From an uncultured Planctomycetota bacterium (GTDB taxonomy: Bacteria; Planctomycetota; Planctomycetia; Isosphaerales; Isosphaeraceae), in NCBI GenBank assembly GCA_963737655.1, contig CAVTTN010000002.1, positions 7,424,001 through 7,488,000 on the forward strand: 64,000 bases of DNA. Reading direction: 5' to 3'. Below, piece after piece: positions 12,290 through 23,197 of the stretch. The notes under the pieces are model-generated. The model was not told where the DNA came from, searched no databases, and worked only from the letters and a program-made list of their open reading frames with translations. Numbering within the stretch: position 1 is the stretch's first letter; each line of letters starts with the position of its first letter. Both the position numbers and the translations under genes were made by a program.

Positions 12290-13849
12290 ATGACCCGGTT
12301 CCCACGACTGGCGAAGCTCCTGGACTCGGCCCTCGGCGCCCTGCTCGTCCTGATCGTCGGCGGGACGGCGCTGGCGTTCGGCGGGTCGATCTGGTGGGCG
12401 GGCCCGGCCCTGGCCGTCGCGGTCAGCCTGGCCCTGGTGGCGTGGCTCTCGCGGATGGCCCTGAGCGGGCGATGGACGATGCTTCGCAGCCCGATGGCGC
12501 TGCTCGGTTGGGCCGCCCTGGGCCTGGCGTGCGTCCAGCTCGCCCCCTTGCCCGGTCGGCTCGCGACGGCCCTCTCCTCCCGGGCGAGATCGGCGCACGC
12601 CCTGGCGATGCTGCCCGGCATCGCCCAGGCCGACGACCCCGACGCCACGCTTCCCGAGCCCGTGGCCGACCGCTCGCCCGCCACCCTGGACCGTCCGGCC
12701 ACGCTCCGCTGGCTCGTCGGCGCCTCGGGCTGCCTGGCCGTGTTCGTGATCGCCTCGCATTTCGCCGATCGCCTGGGCCGGTCGGCCCTGATCTGGGGGA
12801 GTGTCGTCGGCGCCTTCCTGGTGGGGACGGCCTTCGGCGTCGTCCAGGTGCTCGGCGGGGTCTCCGCCCCGTTCGGCGTCCTGGAAGCGGGATCGGGACG
12901 GCCCGGCGCCCCGTCCCTGGACGACCTGAGGACGTCCCCCTCGACCACGTTCCTCCGGCCGATCGGCGATTCGTCGCAGGGGGTGGCGGCGTCGGCGGCG
13001 GTCCCGGACCGGCCGTTCCAGTTCGGGCCGTTCGTGGCGGGTCCCGGGGCGTATCTCGCCCTGGGTTCGCTCGCCCTGCCGCTGGGGCTGGGCCTGATGC
13101 TCCAGGCGATGGCCCCCCGGGGGAGCCGCGAAGGGCTGGCCGCCCGGCTCCGGGACTCGGGCAAGGGCGGTCAGGTCGCGCTCCTCGGCGTGTCGTCGCT
13201 CGTCGGGGCGGCGCTGATCGGCCATCTCGCCGGTCCGATCCTGGCGGTCCCGTTCGGGCTGGGGATCCTGGTGGTCGGGCTGCCGACGGCGAGGGCCTCG
13301 GGCCTCCGCTGGGCGGCCGTCGGGGTCTCGGCGGTGATGCTCCTGGCGCTGGGCCTGGGCGTGGCCTCGGGAGAGGCGTGGGGCCGTCCCCGAGGCTCGG
13401 ACGTCCTCGCGACGAGGGCCGACCTCCTGGCCGCCGAGGTCCGGGTGAAGGAGGCGGTCAAGATCGCCCGCGATTTCCCCGTCGTGGGCGCGGGCCTGGG
13501 CTCCTATCCGACGATCGCCGCCTATTACAAGGACCGCGACGAGTCGCCCGGGACGGCCGAGAGCAGCCTCCTCCAGTGGTGGGCCGAGGCGGGCGTGGCG
13601 GGCCTGGCGATCGCGGGGCTCGCGGCGGTCTGGTGCGTCGTCCGGCTGCCGGGGGCGATCCGCCGGGTGGGCTCGGCCGACCGGACCCTGGCGTTCACCC
13701 TGGTCGGCACGCTCGCGTGCTTCGCCACGTTCTCGGCGATCCACTGGACCGTGGAGCTCCTGGCCGTCGCCGTGGCCGCCAGCGCCGTGGCCGGGACGGC
13801 CAATCGCTGGCTGGCGGGAGGGACCGATTTGTTCGTGGAGAGGGCGTGA
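12290..13849 (+). CDS. O-antigen ligase (Wzy_C)-family membrane protein
   Basis: Multiple TM segments; DFPVVGAGLGSY and AESSLLQWWAEAG resemble the WaaL/Wzy_C G-x-G-x-G and H-N-x-x-L-Q-x-x-x-E-x-G motifs. Confidence 0.75.
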   Translation: MTRFPRLAKLLDSALGALLVLIVGGTALAFGGSIWWAGPALAVAVSLALVAWLSRMALSGRWTMLRSPMALLGWAALGLACVQLAPLPGRLATALSSRARSAHALAMLPGIAQADDPDATLPEPVADRSPATLDRPATLRWLVGASGCLAVFVIASHFADRLGRSALIWGSVVGAFLVGTAFGVVQVLGGVSAPFGVLEAGSGRPGAPSLDDLRTSPSTTFLRPIGDSSQGVAASAAVPDRPFQFGPFVAGPGAYLALGSLALPLGLGLMLQAMAPRGSREGLAARLRDSGKGGQVALLGVSSLVGAALIGHLAGPILAVPFGLGILVVGLPTARASGLRWAAVGVSAVMLLALGLGVASGEAWGRPRGSDVLATRADLLAAEVRVKEAVKIARDFPVVGAGLGSYPTIAAYYKDRDESPGTAESSLLQWWAEAGVAGLAIAGLAAVWCVVRLPGAIRRVGSADRTLAFTLVGTLACFATFSAIHWTVELLAVAVAASAVAGTANRWLAGGTDLFVERA

Positions 13850-13947
13850 GTTTTTTTCGGGGGAGAGGGTCGCCCGGAGGGCGGGCCTCGTGGTAATCTG
13901 CTCCGCCAAGGGATTGGTCGGGCGCCAGGCTAGGAGGCCGACGGGCG

Positions 13948-16349
13948 ATGCCGGAGACGACGTTCCTTCACATCCAGACGCGGGGCCGGGCCGCGACTCG
14001 GGTGGTGGAACTGCCCGGGGCTTCGGTCCGGGTGGGCCGAGGCGCTCAGTGCGAGGTCCGGTTGGGCGAGCCCGCGCTCGCCGAGGTCGAATGCCTGTTG
14101 AGGCGATCGGGCGAGTCCTGGCACGTCCAGCCGCTCAGCCCCTCCGGCCGGGTCGCCATCGACGGCCGCCCGGTGGACCACCTCCGCACCCTCTCGCCCG
14201 GGGTGGCGCTCCAGGTCGGCGAGCACTGGCTGACCCTCCGCCCGGCTCGGGCGAAGACCGAGGGCCTCGGCTCGTTCGACACGCCCATCCCGGTCGATCC
14301 GCCCTCGAGCTTCCTGCCTCGCGGCGCCTCGGCCGATCCCGAGAGGCTGGACGACCGCCGGGACGAGGAATCGGCCCGGCCGGTCCCGCCGAATGTGACT
14401 CCCCTGGGGGGCGCCGACAAGACCGAGAGGCTCGGCGCCTCGGTCGGCGACGGCTGGGAGAAGGCCCGCCGCGACGAGAAGGTCTGGGAGGCCCGCTGGA
14501 GGGCCGCCGGCGCCGCGATGAAGGCCCGCGAGCCGTCGCGAAAGGTCGCCGATCGCCGCCCGTCCTACCCCAAGCCGGCCGAGCCGCCCCGACCGGGACT
14601 CGTCCCGGTCGATCCGCCGTCGGCCTGGGTCCGCCCGGTCGCTCCGACGGAGATCGTCCCGCCCCGAGACCCGTCCGAACGGCTCAAAATCGTCCGCCCC
14701 GACGACGAGGAACCGGCCGAAGCCGACGAGTTTCCCGGAGACGAGGCCGCCGAGGCGGCTCCGAGCGATCCCCGGGCCGTTTCGCTCGCGGACGCTCCGG
14801 CCGAACCCCTGGCCCCGGCGCTCGACGAGGTTGCGGACCAGGGAAAGGCGGAAACCCCGGTCGAGCCGCCGATCGCCGAGGCTGTCGCCGTCGCCTTCCC
14901 GGCGCCCCTCCCCGAGCCTCCGATCGAGCCGACCGCTCCCGCGACGCCCTCGGAATCGATCGAGACGGCCTCGACCGAGCCTCCGGCCGCCGAATCCGCC
15001 CCGACGGCCGCCCTCGGCCTGCTCTCGGCGGCGCCTCCGCCTCCGAGGAAGCCGCGAGGGGGGCGTCGGCCGTCTCCGGGTCCGAGGCCGTCGCCGAGCT
15101 TGCCTCCGTTGCCCCAGCCCGACGAGCTGGAATGGCCCAGCGCCCGGGTGATCCTCGCCGCTCACGCGATGAGGGCCGAGCCCTCGGCGGCGGCGAAGCC
15201 CCGACCGCGCCGAGAGGTTCGCCCCGAGCCGACGGAGGCGGTCGCCCCGGGGCAGTGGTCCTTGCCCCTCTGGCTGGCGTGGCTGCCGCTCTCGTTCGTG
15301 ACGCTCGCCCTGGCCGGGGCCGGGACGTTCCTCGCCTGGACCTGGGGCCGAGACGCCCAGGACGCCGGGGCCGTCGCCGATCGCCTCCTTCGACCCGGCC
15401 GACCGGCCGACGAGCCGCCCTCGGCCGATTCCGGGGCGCCCAGGACCTGGTGGCGGACGACCGCGCCCCACCTCTCGCTCCGGGCGGCGTCGCTGTCGGC
15501 CTCGCCCGGCGACCCGACCCGGGAGGAGGACGCCCGCCAGCTCCTCGACGCGGCCCGATCGGCGTCCCCCCTGGAGCCCCTCGTCCCGCCTGGCGCTGGC
15601 TCGCCTCGCGAGTCGGGACCGCGACCCCTCGGCGGCCGTGGCGTCGCTCGGGCTGTCTCGCGACGTGCTCTCCAGGACCTGGACGGCCCGCCAGCTCGCC
15701 CGGGCCGGCAAGATCGACCCGGCGTTGCGGGCCTATCGCTCGGCCCTGGAGCTGGCCGCCGGCGCCGACCCGTCGCGATCGGGCGAGGGGCGATATCGCC
15801 CCGATGACCTCCGGTTCGCCCTGCCCAATGAGGCGATGAAGGAACGGGTCGTCCGCGACATGGCCGCGCCCGGCGACCTGCCGTTCGATCGGCTCAACGC
15901 GACTCTTCCCGACGAGGGCGGGACGCTCCTGGCGGCGTATCGCGTCCTGAAGGAGAGGGGGAGCGACGACGCCGACCGGCTCCTCGATCGCCTGACCGGC
16001 CTGGGCGAGGCCCCGGCCGGGGTGGCGGCGGCCGTCCACCGGGCGGCCGTGGCCGAGGGCCTGGCGATCCGAGGGCGGGCCGAGGAGGCCGAGGCGCTCT
16101 ATCGCCGGGCGATCGACGAGGCGGCCAACGAGCCGACCCGCCGCCGATGGCTGTACAACCTCGGGGAGATCCTGCACAAGGCCGGCGACCGTTCCGGGAC
16201 TCGCGACGCCCTGACCGCCGCCCGGGGCACCCGGGGCGACGACGAGATCGGCCGGGCCGCCAGCCAGGCCCTCTCGCGCCGGGATGGGATCCTCGCGACC
16301 GTCCCCGACCGGCGGTCGCCCCGGAGGCGATCCCCCGAACCGCCGCTGA
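13948..16349 (+). CDS. FHA-domain, Pro-rich linker, single TM, TPR-like membrane protein (frameshifts ~15580 and probably ~16305)
   Basis: N-terminal VRVGRGAQCEVRL...VAIDGRPV...LQVG (FHA-like), TM LWLAWLPLSFVTLALAGAG, helical repeats EEAEALYRRAI/WLYNLGEIL in ORF 15638 frame; an inferred second frameshift gives TGA at 16347-16349. Confidence 0.65.
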
Positions 16350-16445
16350 GGCCCTCCGCCTCGAATCGACGCAACTCCCCCTCAGGCCCCCGAACGGACG
16401 CGGGCCCAGCCGGCCGAACAGGCCACGACTCGAAGGATCGACGCG

Positions 16446-17333
16446 ATGGCGACCACCGCGGCCCTGGCACCCGAGAGCGCCCCGACGACCGCTTCCCCCG
16501 CCTCCGAGGCCCGGGCGAGGCTCGATCCCTGGGGATTGGCCGGCTCGCTCGGCCTGCTCGGCCTCCTCTACGCGGCCAACCTCCGCCAGTTCGTCAACAC
16601 CTGGTCCACCGACGCCAATTACAGCCACGGGTTCCTCGTCCCGGCCCTGGCCGCCTACTTCGCCCGGGAGGCGTCGAAGCAAGGCCCGGTGCCGATCCGG
16701 GGCGGGGCGGCCTGGGGCGTCTCCTTGATCCTGGCCTCGATCCTCGCCCACCTGGCCACGATCCTCGTGCCGGTGGGGATCGTCGGCGACCTGGGGTTCC
16801 TGCTCGGCCTGGCCGGGGTCGTCTCGTTGCTGCTCGGCGGCGAGGCGTTGAAGCGCTATCGCTTCCCCCTGGCCTTCCTGGTGTTCATGGTCCCCTTGCC
16901 GGTGGCGCTGTACGCCACGCTCGCCTCGCCGTTGCAGAGGCTGGTCAGCCAGTTCGGCGCGGCGCTGCTCAACGGCGTGGGGATCCCCGTCCTGTGCGAG
17001 GGGAACATGATGACCCTGCCGGGCGACGTCCACATGTTCGTGGCCGAGGCGTGCAGCGGGATGAGGCAGATGACCGGCTTCCTCGCCCTGACGACCGCCG
17101 TGGCGTACCTCTCGGGCCGGCCGGCCTGGTATCGCGCGGTCCTCGTGCTGTCCTCGGTGCCGATCGCCATGACGGCGAACGTCTTGCGGGTGATGCTCAC
17201 CGGAGTGATCATGTATCATTTCGACCCGAAATACGCCAGCGGCGAGTTCCATACGTTCGAGGGCCTGCTGATGATGGGCGTGGGCCTCGGCCTGCTCGCC
17301 CTGGAGTGCGCCGTGCTGAAGGCCGTCGCCTAG
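16446..17333 (+). CDS. xrt: Exosortase/archaeosortase family protein
   Basis: YSHGFLVP, catalytic VAEACSG (Cys), ANVLR (Arg), FHTFEG (His); about 8 TM segments. Confidence 0.93.
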   Translation: MATTAALAPESAPTTASPASEARARLDPWGLAGSLGLLGLLYAANLRQFVNTWSTDANYSHGFLVPALAAYFAREASKQGPVPIRGGAAWGVSLILASILAHLATILVPVGIVGDLGFLLGLAGVVSLLLGGEALKRYRFPLAFLVFMVPLPVALYATLASPLQRLVSQFGAALLNGVGIPVLCEGNMMTLPGDVHMFVAEACSGMRQMTGFLALTTAVAYLSGRPAWYRAVLVLSSVPIAMTANVLRVMLTGVIMYHFDPKYASGEFHTFEGLLMMGVGLGLLALECAVLKAVA

Positions 17334-17415
17334 CCGCCGGCCGCCCCGACGGCCGGGCCCGCGATGGCCGCGGCCTGAGTGTCCCGGACCGACCGAACAC
17401 CGAGGAAGGACGATC

Positions 17416-18087
17416 ATGACCCATCGACGATCGGCCGTCGCCCTGGCCTTGCTGGCCGTCGGCCTGACGGCCCACGCCGGGCTGGAGAAGGCCAACGAGA
17501 CCGAGCGGCCCCGCCTCAAGGCCGACCTCGACGCCATCCCCCTGAGGCTGGGGGACTGGGTCGGCCGGGACGAGGCGATGGACCCCGACATCCTCGAACG
17601 GACCCAGACCACCGATTACATCAATCGGGTCTACGAGGACACCCGTCACCCCGGCCTTGCCCTGAAGCTCTGGATCAATTACTCCGAGACGGGCCTGAAC
17701 CTCCGGCATTCGCCGGAGATCTGCCTGCCCTCCGGCGGCTGGACGAAGGTGGAGGCCCGGACGCGGCGGATGGACCTGGATCGGCCCGGGGGGGCCGCCC
17801 GGCCGATCATGAAACTGGCGTATTCGCAAGGCGATATGGTTCAGGACGTCGGTTTTTGGTACTACATTTTCGGCGAAGGCAGGGTGGAGCGGTACGTCCG
17901 CTCCCTGCCCATCACCAGCCGGAGCAGCCACGGGCGGACCACCCGGGGCTCCGGGCTCACGGTCGAGGTCTTCGGCCGGGGCGACTCGGACCCCGACGGC
18001 GAGGCCCTCCGGGAGTTCGCCTCCGCCTTGCTCGACCACCTGGAACCGATCCTCCCCGACCACCAGGCCGCGTATTACATCCCCTGA
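17416..18087 (+). CDS. epsI: Exosortase-associated EpsI family protein
   Basis: N-terminal anchor, IPLRLGDWVGRD, HSPEICLPSGGW motif; directly downstream of the exosortase. Confidence 0.85.
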   Translation: MTHRRSAVALALLAVGLTAHAGLEKANETERPRLKADLDAIPLRLGDWVGRDEAMDPDILERTQTTDYINRVYEDTRHPGLALKLWINYSETGLNLRHSPEICLPSGGWTKVEARTRRMDLDRPGGAARPIMKLAYSQGDMVQDVGFWYYIFGEGRVERYVRSLPITSRSSHGRTTRGSGLTVEVFGRGDSDPDGEALREFASALLDHLEPILPDHQAAYYIP

Positions 18088-18162
18088 ACCCATCATCCCC
18101 CGGACCCGATCAGACGCTCCCCTCGGCGGGGTGAGTCGCGGCGGACCGAGAAGGAGCATCCG

Positions 18163-19175
18163 ATGAAGCACGCCCTGATCACCGGGATCACGGGGCAGGA
18201 CGGTTCGTACCTCGCCGAATTCCTGCTCGGCAAGCCCGATTACGAGGTCCACGGCCTCGTCCGCCGGTCCAGCACCCTGAACCGGTCCCGGATCGACCAC
18301 ATCACGGCCGCCCCGGATCTCCGCAACCGCTTCCACCTCCATTACGCCGACCTCGCCGACGCCTCCAGCCTCGCCATGCTCATGGAGACGGTCCGGCCCG
18401 ACGAGGTCTACAACCTCGCGCGCAGAGCCACGTCCGCGTGTCGTTCGACCAGCCGCTGTACACGGCGGACGTCGTGGGCCTGGGGACCCTCCGAGTTTTG
18501 GAGGCGGTCCGGCAACTGGCCCGGAGCCAGTCGGTGAAGTTCTACCAGGCGAGCTCCTCCGAGATGTTCGGCTCGGCCGCCCCCCCGCAGACCATGGACA
18601 CGCCGTTCCACCCGCGGAGCCCCTATGCCTGCGCCAAGCTGTACGGCCACTGGCAGACGGTGAACTATCGCGAGGCCTACGGCCTGTTCGCCTGCTCGGG
18701 CATCCTCTTCAACCACGAGAGCCCGAGGCGGGGCGAGTCGTTCGTCACGAGGAAGATCACGCTCGGGGCCACCCGGATCAAGGAGGGCCTCCAGGCCAAG
18801 CTCGTGATGGGGAACCTGGACTCCCAGAGGGATTGGGGCTTCGCGGGCGACTACGTCCGGGCCATGTGGATGATGCTCCAGCAGGACCAGCCCGACGACT
18901 ACATCGTGGCCACCGGCGAGACCTATTCCGTCCGCCAGTTCCTGGAATGGACCTTCGCGCAGCTCGACCTGGACTATCGCGACTTCGTCGAGTTCGACCA
19001 GAAATACACCCGGCCGTCCGAGGTGGACGTCCTCCTGGGCGACCCCAGCAAGGCCCGCCAGAAGCTCGGCTGGGAGCCCGAGGTGGACATCCACGGCCTG
19101 ATCAAGATGATGGTCGATCACGACCTGGAGCTCGCCCGCCGCGAGAAGTACGCGCAAGGCTATCAGACCGTCTGA
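18163..19175 (+). CDS. gmd: GDP-mannose 4,6-dehydratase (frameshift ~18420)
   Basis: [20 protein letters not shown]-(A)QSHV-x-VSF across the frameshift, [41 protein letters not shown]. Confidence 0.95.
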
Positions 19176-19234
19176 TCGGACCTCGGGGGTGGGCGGAGCC
19201 CGCCCCGCCGAGCCCCTCGAACGGAGTCGTCGCC

Positions 19235-20651
19235 ATGCCGAAGGTCGCCATCCTGGGGCTCGACTCGCCGAGCCGTCCCTGGCGTTCGATCGGTTCGCCG
19301 ATCGCCTGCCGAACCTCTCGCGGCTCCGCGAGCGAGGGGCCTGGGGCACGCTCCGGAGCTGCGACCCGCCGATCACCGTCCCGGCGTGGATGTCGATGAT
19401 GACGGGCCACGACCCCGGCCGGCTCGGCTATTACGGCTTCCGCAACCGGGCCGATCGCTCCTACGGGCGGATGGCCACAGCCACGTCGCTGGCCGTGAAC
19501 GAACCCCTGCTCTGGGACCGGCTCGGCGACGCCGGCAACGACTCGATCCTGATCGGCGTCCCCCAGACCTATCCGCCCCGGCCGGTCCGCGGCCTGCTCG
19601 TGACCGACTTCCTCACGCCGTCGATCGAGTCGCAGTACACCTATCCGGCCGACCTCAAGGCCGAGATCGCCCGGATGCCGGAGGTCCACCCCTACGAATT
19701 CGACGTCGCCGACTTCCGCACCGACGACAAGGCCAGCATCCGCGACGCCATCGTTCGGATGACCGACAAGCGATTCGCCCTCGCCCGCCGGCTCCTGACC
19801 ACCAAGCCCTGGGACTTCTTCATGATGGTCGAGATGGGCACCGACCGCGTCCATCACGCCTTCTGGCAGTTCATGGACCCCAGGCACCATCGCTTCGTCC
19901 CGGGGAACCCGTTCGAATCCGTGATCGAGGATTATTACGTCCACCTCGATCGCAAGATCGGCGAGCTGCTGGAGCTTTTCCCGGGAGAAACCACGGTCCT
20001 GGTCGTCTCGGACCACGGCGGCCAGTGCATGGAAGGCGGGATCGCCCTGAACGAGTGGCTGGTCCGCGAGGGGTATCTCGCCCTCCAGGAGGCCCCGAGG
20101 ACGCCGACCCGGCTGGAAGGGCTGAAGGTCGATTGGGCGAGGACCCGGGCCTGGGGTTCGGGCGGCTACTACGGCCGGGTGTTCCTGAACGTGAAGGGCC
20201 GGGAGCCTCACGGGGCCGTCGATCCGGCCGATTACGAGTCGCTCCGCTCGGAGCTCGTCGAGAAGCTCGAAGCGATCGGCGATCCCCAGGGGCGACCGAT
20301 CGGCACCCGGCGTTGCGACCCGAGGACCTGTACCGAGAGGTCCGGGGGGCCGCGCCTCCCGACCTTCTCGTGTATTTTGGCGACCTCCGATGGCGGTCCG
20401 TGGGCCTCGTCGGCGGCGGCTCGATCCACACGTTCGAGAACGACACCGGGCCCGACGACGCCAACCACGCGCCCGACGGCCTCCTGATCGCCGCCGGGCC
20501 GGGCGTCGAGCCGTTCGGGCGAATCGCCGGGATGGGGATTCAGGACGTGGCGCCGACGGTCCTCCGCCTCTTCGGCCTGGACGTGCCGGACGACCTCCCC
20601 GGGCGCCCGATCGGGCCGATCGTGGGCGAGGAGGCGGTGGCTGCCCCTTGA
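19235..20651 (+). CDS. Alkaline phosphatase superfamily phosphohydrolase/phosphomutase (frameshifts ~19275 and ~20310)
   Basis: KVAILGLDS, PPITVPAW-x-SM-x-TG, DRVHHAFW, VVSDHGG, ENDTGPDDANH, IQDVAPTVL spread over three frames. Confidence 0.85.
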
Positions 20652-20723
20652 CTCCGAGAGTCCCACCTCCTTAGGATGACCGCCGACAGATCGCATCTCG
20701 GCCAACGCATCAAGGATGATCGC

Positions 20724-22009
20724 GTGACTATCTCCCTCGCGCCCCCGCCCCGCGACCCCTCCCGAGGAGTTCGGGACTCGGTCCTCGTCGCCTGCCCGGA
20801 TGCCCGCCCCCCGGCGTATGAGGCGGTGGCGGGGCTGTCGCGCTCGGGCCTGCTCGGCGAGTTCGTCACGGCCTTCTACGATCGGCCCGATTCGCCGGTC
20901 TCGGCCGTGGCGCACCGGCTCGGCCCGATCGGCTCGAAGCTGTCCCGGAGGTCCCGCCCGGACATCCCGCCCGATCGCGTCCGCTCGTTCCCCGCGTTCG
21001 ACGCCTGCCTCGCCGTCGAGAACCGCTCGGGCCGAGGCTCCGCGATTCCCTGGCCCGGTGGCGCACCCGCCGGTTCGATCGGCTCGTCCGGGACGAGCTG
21101 CGGAGGACCCGGCCGAGGTCCGCCCTCCTGTTCAGCGACGTCGGCTCCGAGTTCGCCATCCCCTTCTGCCGGTCGGCCGGGATGGCGTCGGTCCTCAGCG
21201 TCGTCCACGGCGACGTCCACGAGGAGCTCGACGTCCTGGCCCGGGAGCGCGTCGCCTCGCCCGACTTCTTCCCGATCTATCTCGGAGGCGGGCCGGTCGA
21301 GGCGGCCGACCTGCGATGGCTCCACGATCGGAGGCTCCGCGAGCAGGCCGAGGCCGACGCCATCCTCGTCCCGTCGGGCCACCTGGCCGACCGCCTGGAA
21401 GCCCGGGGGATCGACCGGTCGAGGATTTCGGTCGTCCCCTATGCCGCCGATCTCGAGCGGTTCCGGCCGATCGAGGGCAAGACCCATCGCGATACCTGCA
21501 CGTTCCTGTTCGCCGGGGGGATCACCCAGAGGAAGGGGATCAAGTACCTCCTGGAAGCCTGGCGAAAGGCCCGTCGGCCGGGTTGGCGTCTGGCCCTGGT
21601 CGGCGCCTTGCCTCGCGACCCCTCGCCCCTCGAACCGTATCGCGAGGAGGTCGAGTTTCTCGGCCGGGTGGGGCACTCGGAAATGCCGGGAGTGATGGCC
21701 GGGGCCGACGTGTTCGTGTTCCCGTCGCTGTTCGAGGGTTCGGCGGTCGTGACCTATGAAGCCCTGGCCTGCGGGCTGCCCACGGTGACCACCAGGGAAG
21801 CCGGCTCGGTCGTCCGGGACGGGCAGGACGGCCGGATCGTCCCCTCGGCGGACGTCGAATCGCTCGCGACGGCCCTGGAGGCGCTCGGCCTCGATCCCGA
21901 CCTTCGCGACGCGATGTCCCGATCGGCCCGGCAACGGGCGGAACTGCATGACTGGGGGCGGTATCAGGAGGCGGTCTCGGCCGTCGTGGCCGAGGTTTCG
22001 CCCCTCTGA
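20724..22009 (+). CDS. Glycosyltransferase family 4 (frameshift ~21040)
   Basis: C-terminal FAGGITQRKG and VFPSLFEGSAVVTYEALACGLP; the N-terminus is in the ORF 20676 frame. Confidence 0.85.
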
Positions 22010-22044
22010 CCCGGACCGGCCCGCCATCGAGAAAGGATTCTCCC

Positions 22045-23142
22045 TTGCGACGCATCCCCGAGCTCGACGGCCTCCGCGCGATCGCCTCGGTCCTGGTGAT
22101 CGCCTTCCACGCCTCGCTGACGAGCGAATCGTGCCGATCGGCCTTCCTCCTGAGGTGGGGCTGGATGGGCGTGGACCTGTTTTTCGTGGTCTCCGGCTAC
22201 CTGATCACGACGATTTTGCTGCGATCGTCGAACGAGGGCGCCTCCGGCCTGCTCTCGTTCTTCGTCCGGCGGTCTCTGAGGATCTGGCCGATCTATTACC
22301 TCGTCCTGATCGCGTTCGTGGCCGCGAATGCGTTGTTGCCGCGTCCTCAGCCGACCGCCGGCCTGACCCTGTACCTGACGTACACGCAATTCCTGCCGAG
22401 ATACTGGGGGGCCGACGGCCCGGCGTTCCCCCGGGCGTTCGCCCATACGTGGAGCCTGGCGGTTGAGGAGCAATTCTACCTGATCTGGCCGGCGTTGCTG
22501 CTGCTGATGGGCCGCAAGGCGCTCGTGCCGCTCTGCCTCGGGGCGGCGGCGGTGGCGGTGGTCTCGCGAGGCTGGTTCCATCTCGATCCGCAGCTCCTGC
22601 TGGGCCGATGCGACGGCCTGGCGATGGGAGGGCTTCTGGCCGCGGCGTTCTCGGCCCGCCCGTGGGCTGCCGGCCGGGAGGACGCCGTCCGCAAGGGCTT
22701 CGCGATGATGATCCTGGTCCCCCTGGCGTTCTTCCTCGGCTTCGCGGCCGGGACGGACGCCGAACGGGCCGAGCCGATCCGGGCGAGCGTGGAAATCCTC
22801 CTCGGAAACGTCCTGTTCGGAGGGGTCGTCGGCCTCTGCCTGCTCGACACCGGCCGGGCCCGGCTCGCCCTGTTGCGAGATCCCCGGCTGGTGGCGCTGG
22901 GCCGGATCAGCTACGGGCTTTACCTCTATCACAACCTCGTGTTCTCGGGCCTCCAGCTGCGGTTCGGGCCGACGGGCACCCCGGGCTGGGCGATCCTCGC
23001 CGGTTCGGGCCTGACCCTGGCGATGGCCGCCCTGTCGTGGAGGGCCATCGAACGGCCGATCCTGGCCTGGAGGGACCGCCAGGCCGAGCCGGGGCGGTCG
23101 CCCCGAACGGCCCGGACCGAGGTCGCGGCGTCTCGGGGTTGA
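22045..23142 (+). CDS. Acyltransferase family 3 (OafA-like O-acyltransferase)
   Basis: IPELDGLRA, GVDLFFVVSGYLIT, RR-x-LRIWP, HTWSLAVEEQFYL, ISYGLYLYH. Confidence 0.92.
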   Translation: MRRIPELDGLRAIASVLVIAFHASLTSESCRSAFLLRWGWMGVDLFFVVSGYLITTILLRSSNEGASGLLSFFVRRSLRIWPIYYLVLIAFVAANALLPRPQPTAGLTLYLTYTQFLPRYWGADGPAFPRAFAHTWSLAVEEQFYLIWPALLLLMGRKALVPLCLGAAAVAVVSRGWFHLDPQLLLGRCDGLAMGGLLAAAFSARPWAAGREDAVRKGFAMMILVPLAFFLGFAAGTDAERAEPIRASVEILLGNVLFGGVVGLCLLDTGRARLALLRDPRLVALGRISYGLYLYHNLVFSGLQLRFGPTGTPGWAILAGSGLTLAMAALSWRAIERPILAWRDRQAEPGRSPRTARTEVAASRG

Positions 23143-23197
23143 TGGAAATGGTTTCGGGGCGGTTGTCTCTCCTTGACGGAACGAGCGGAGGGCCGAG

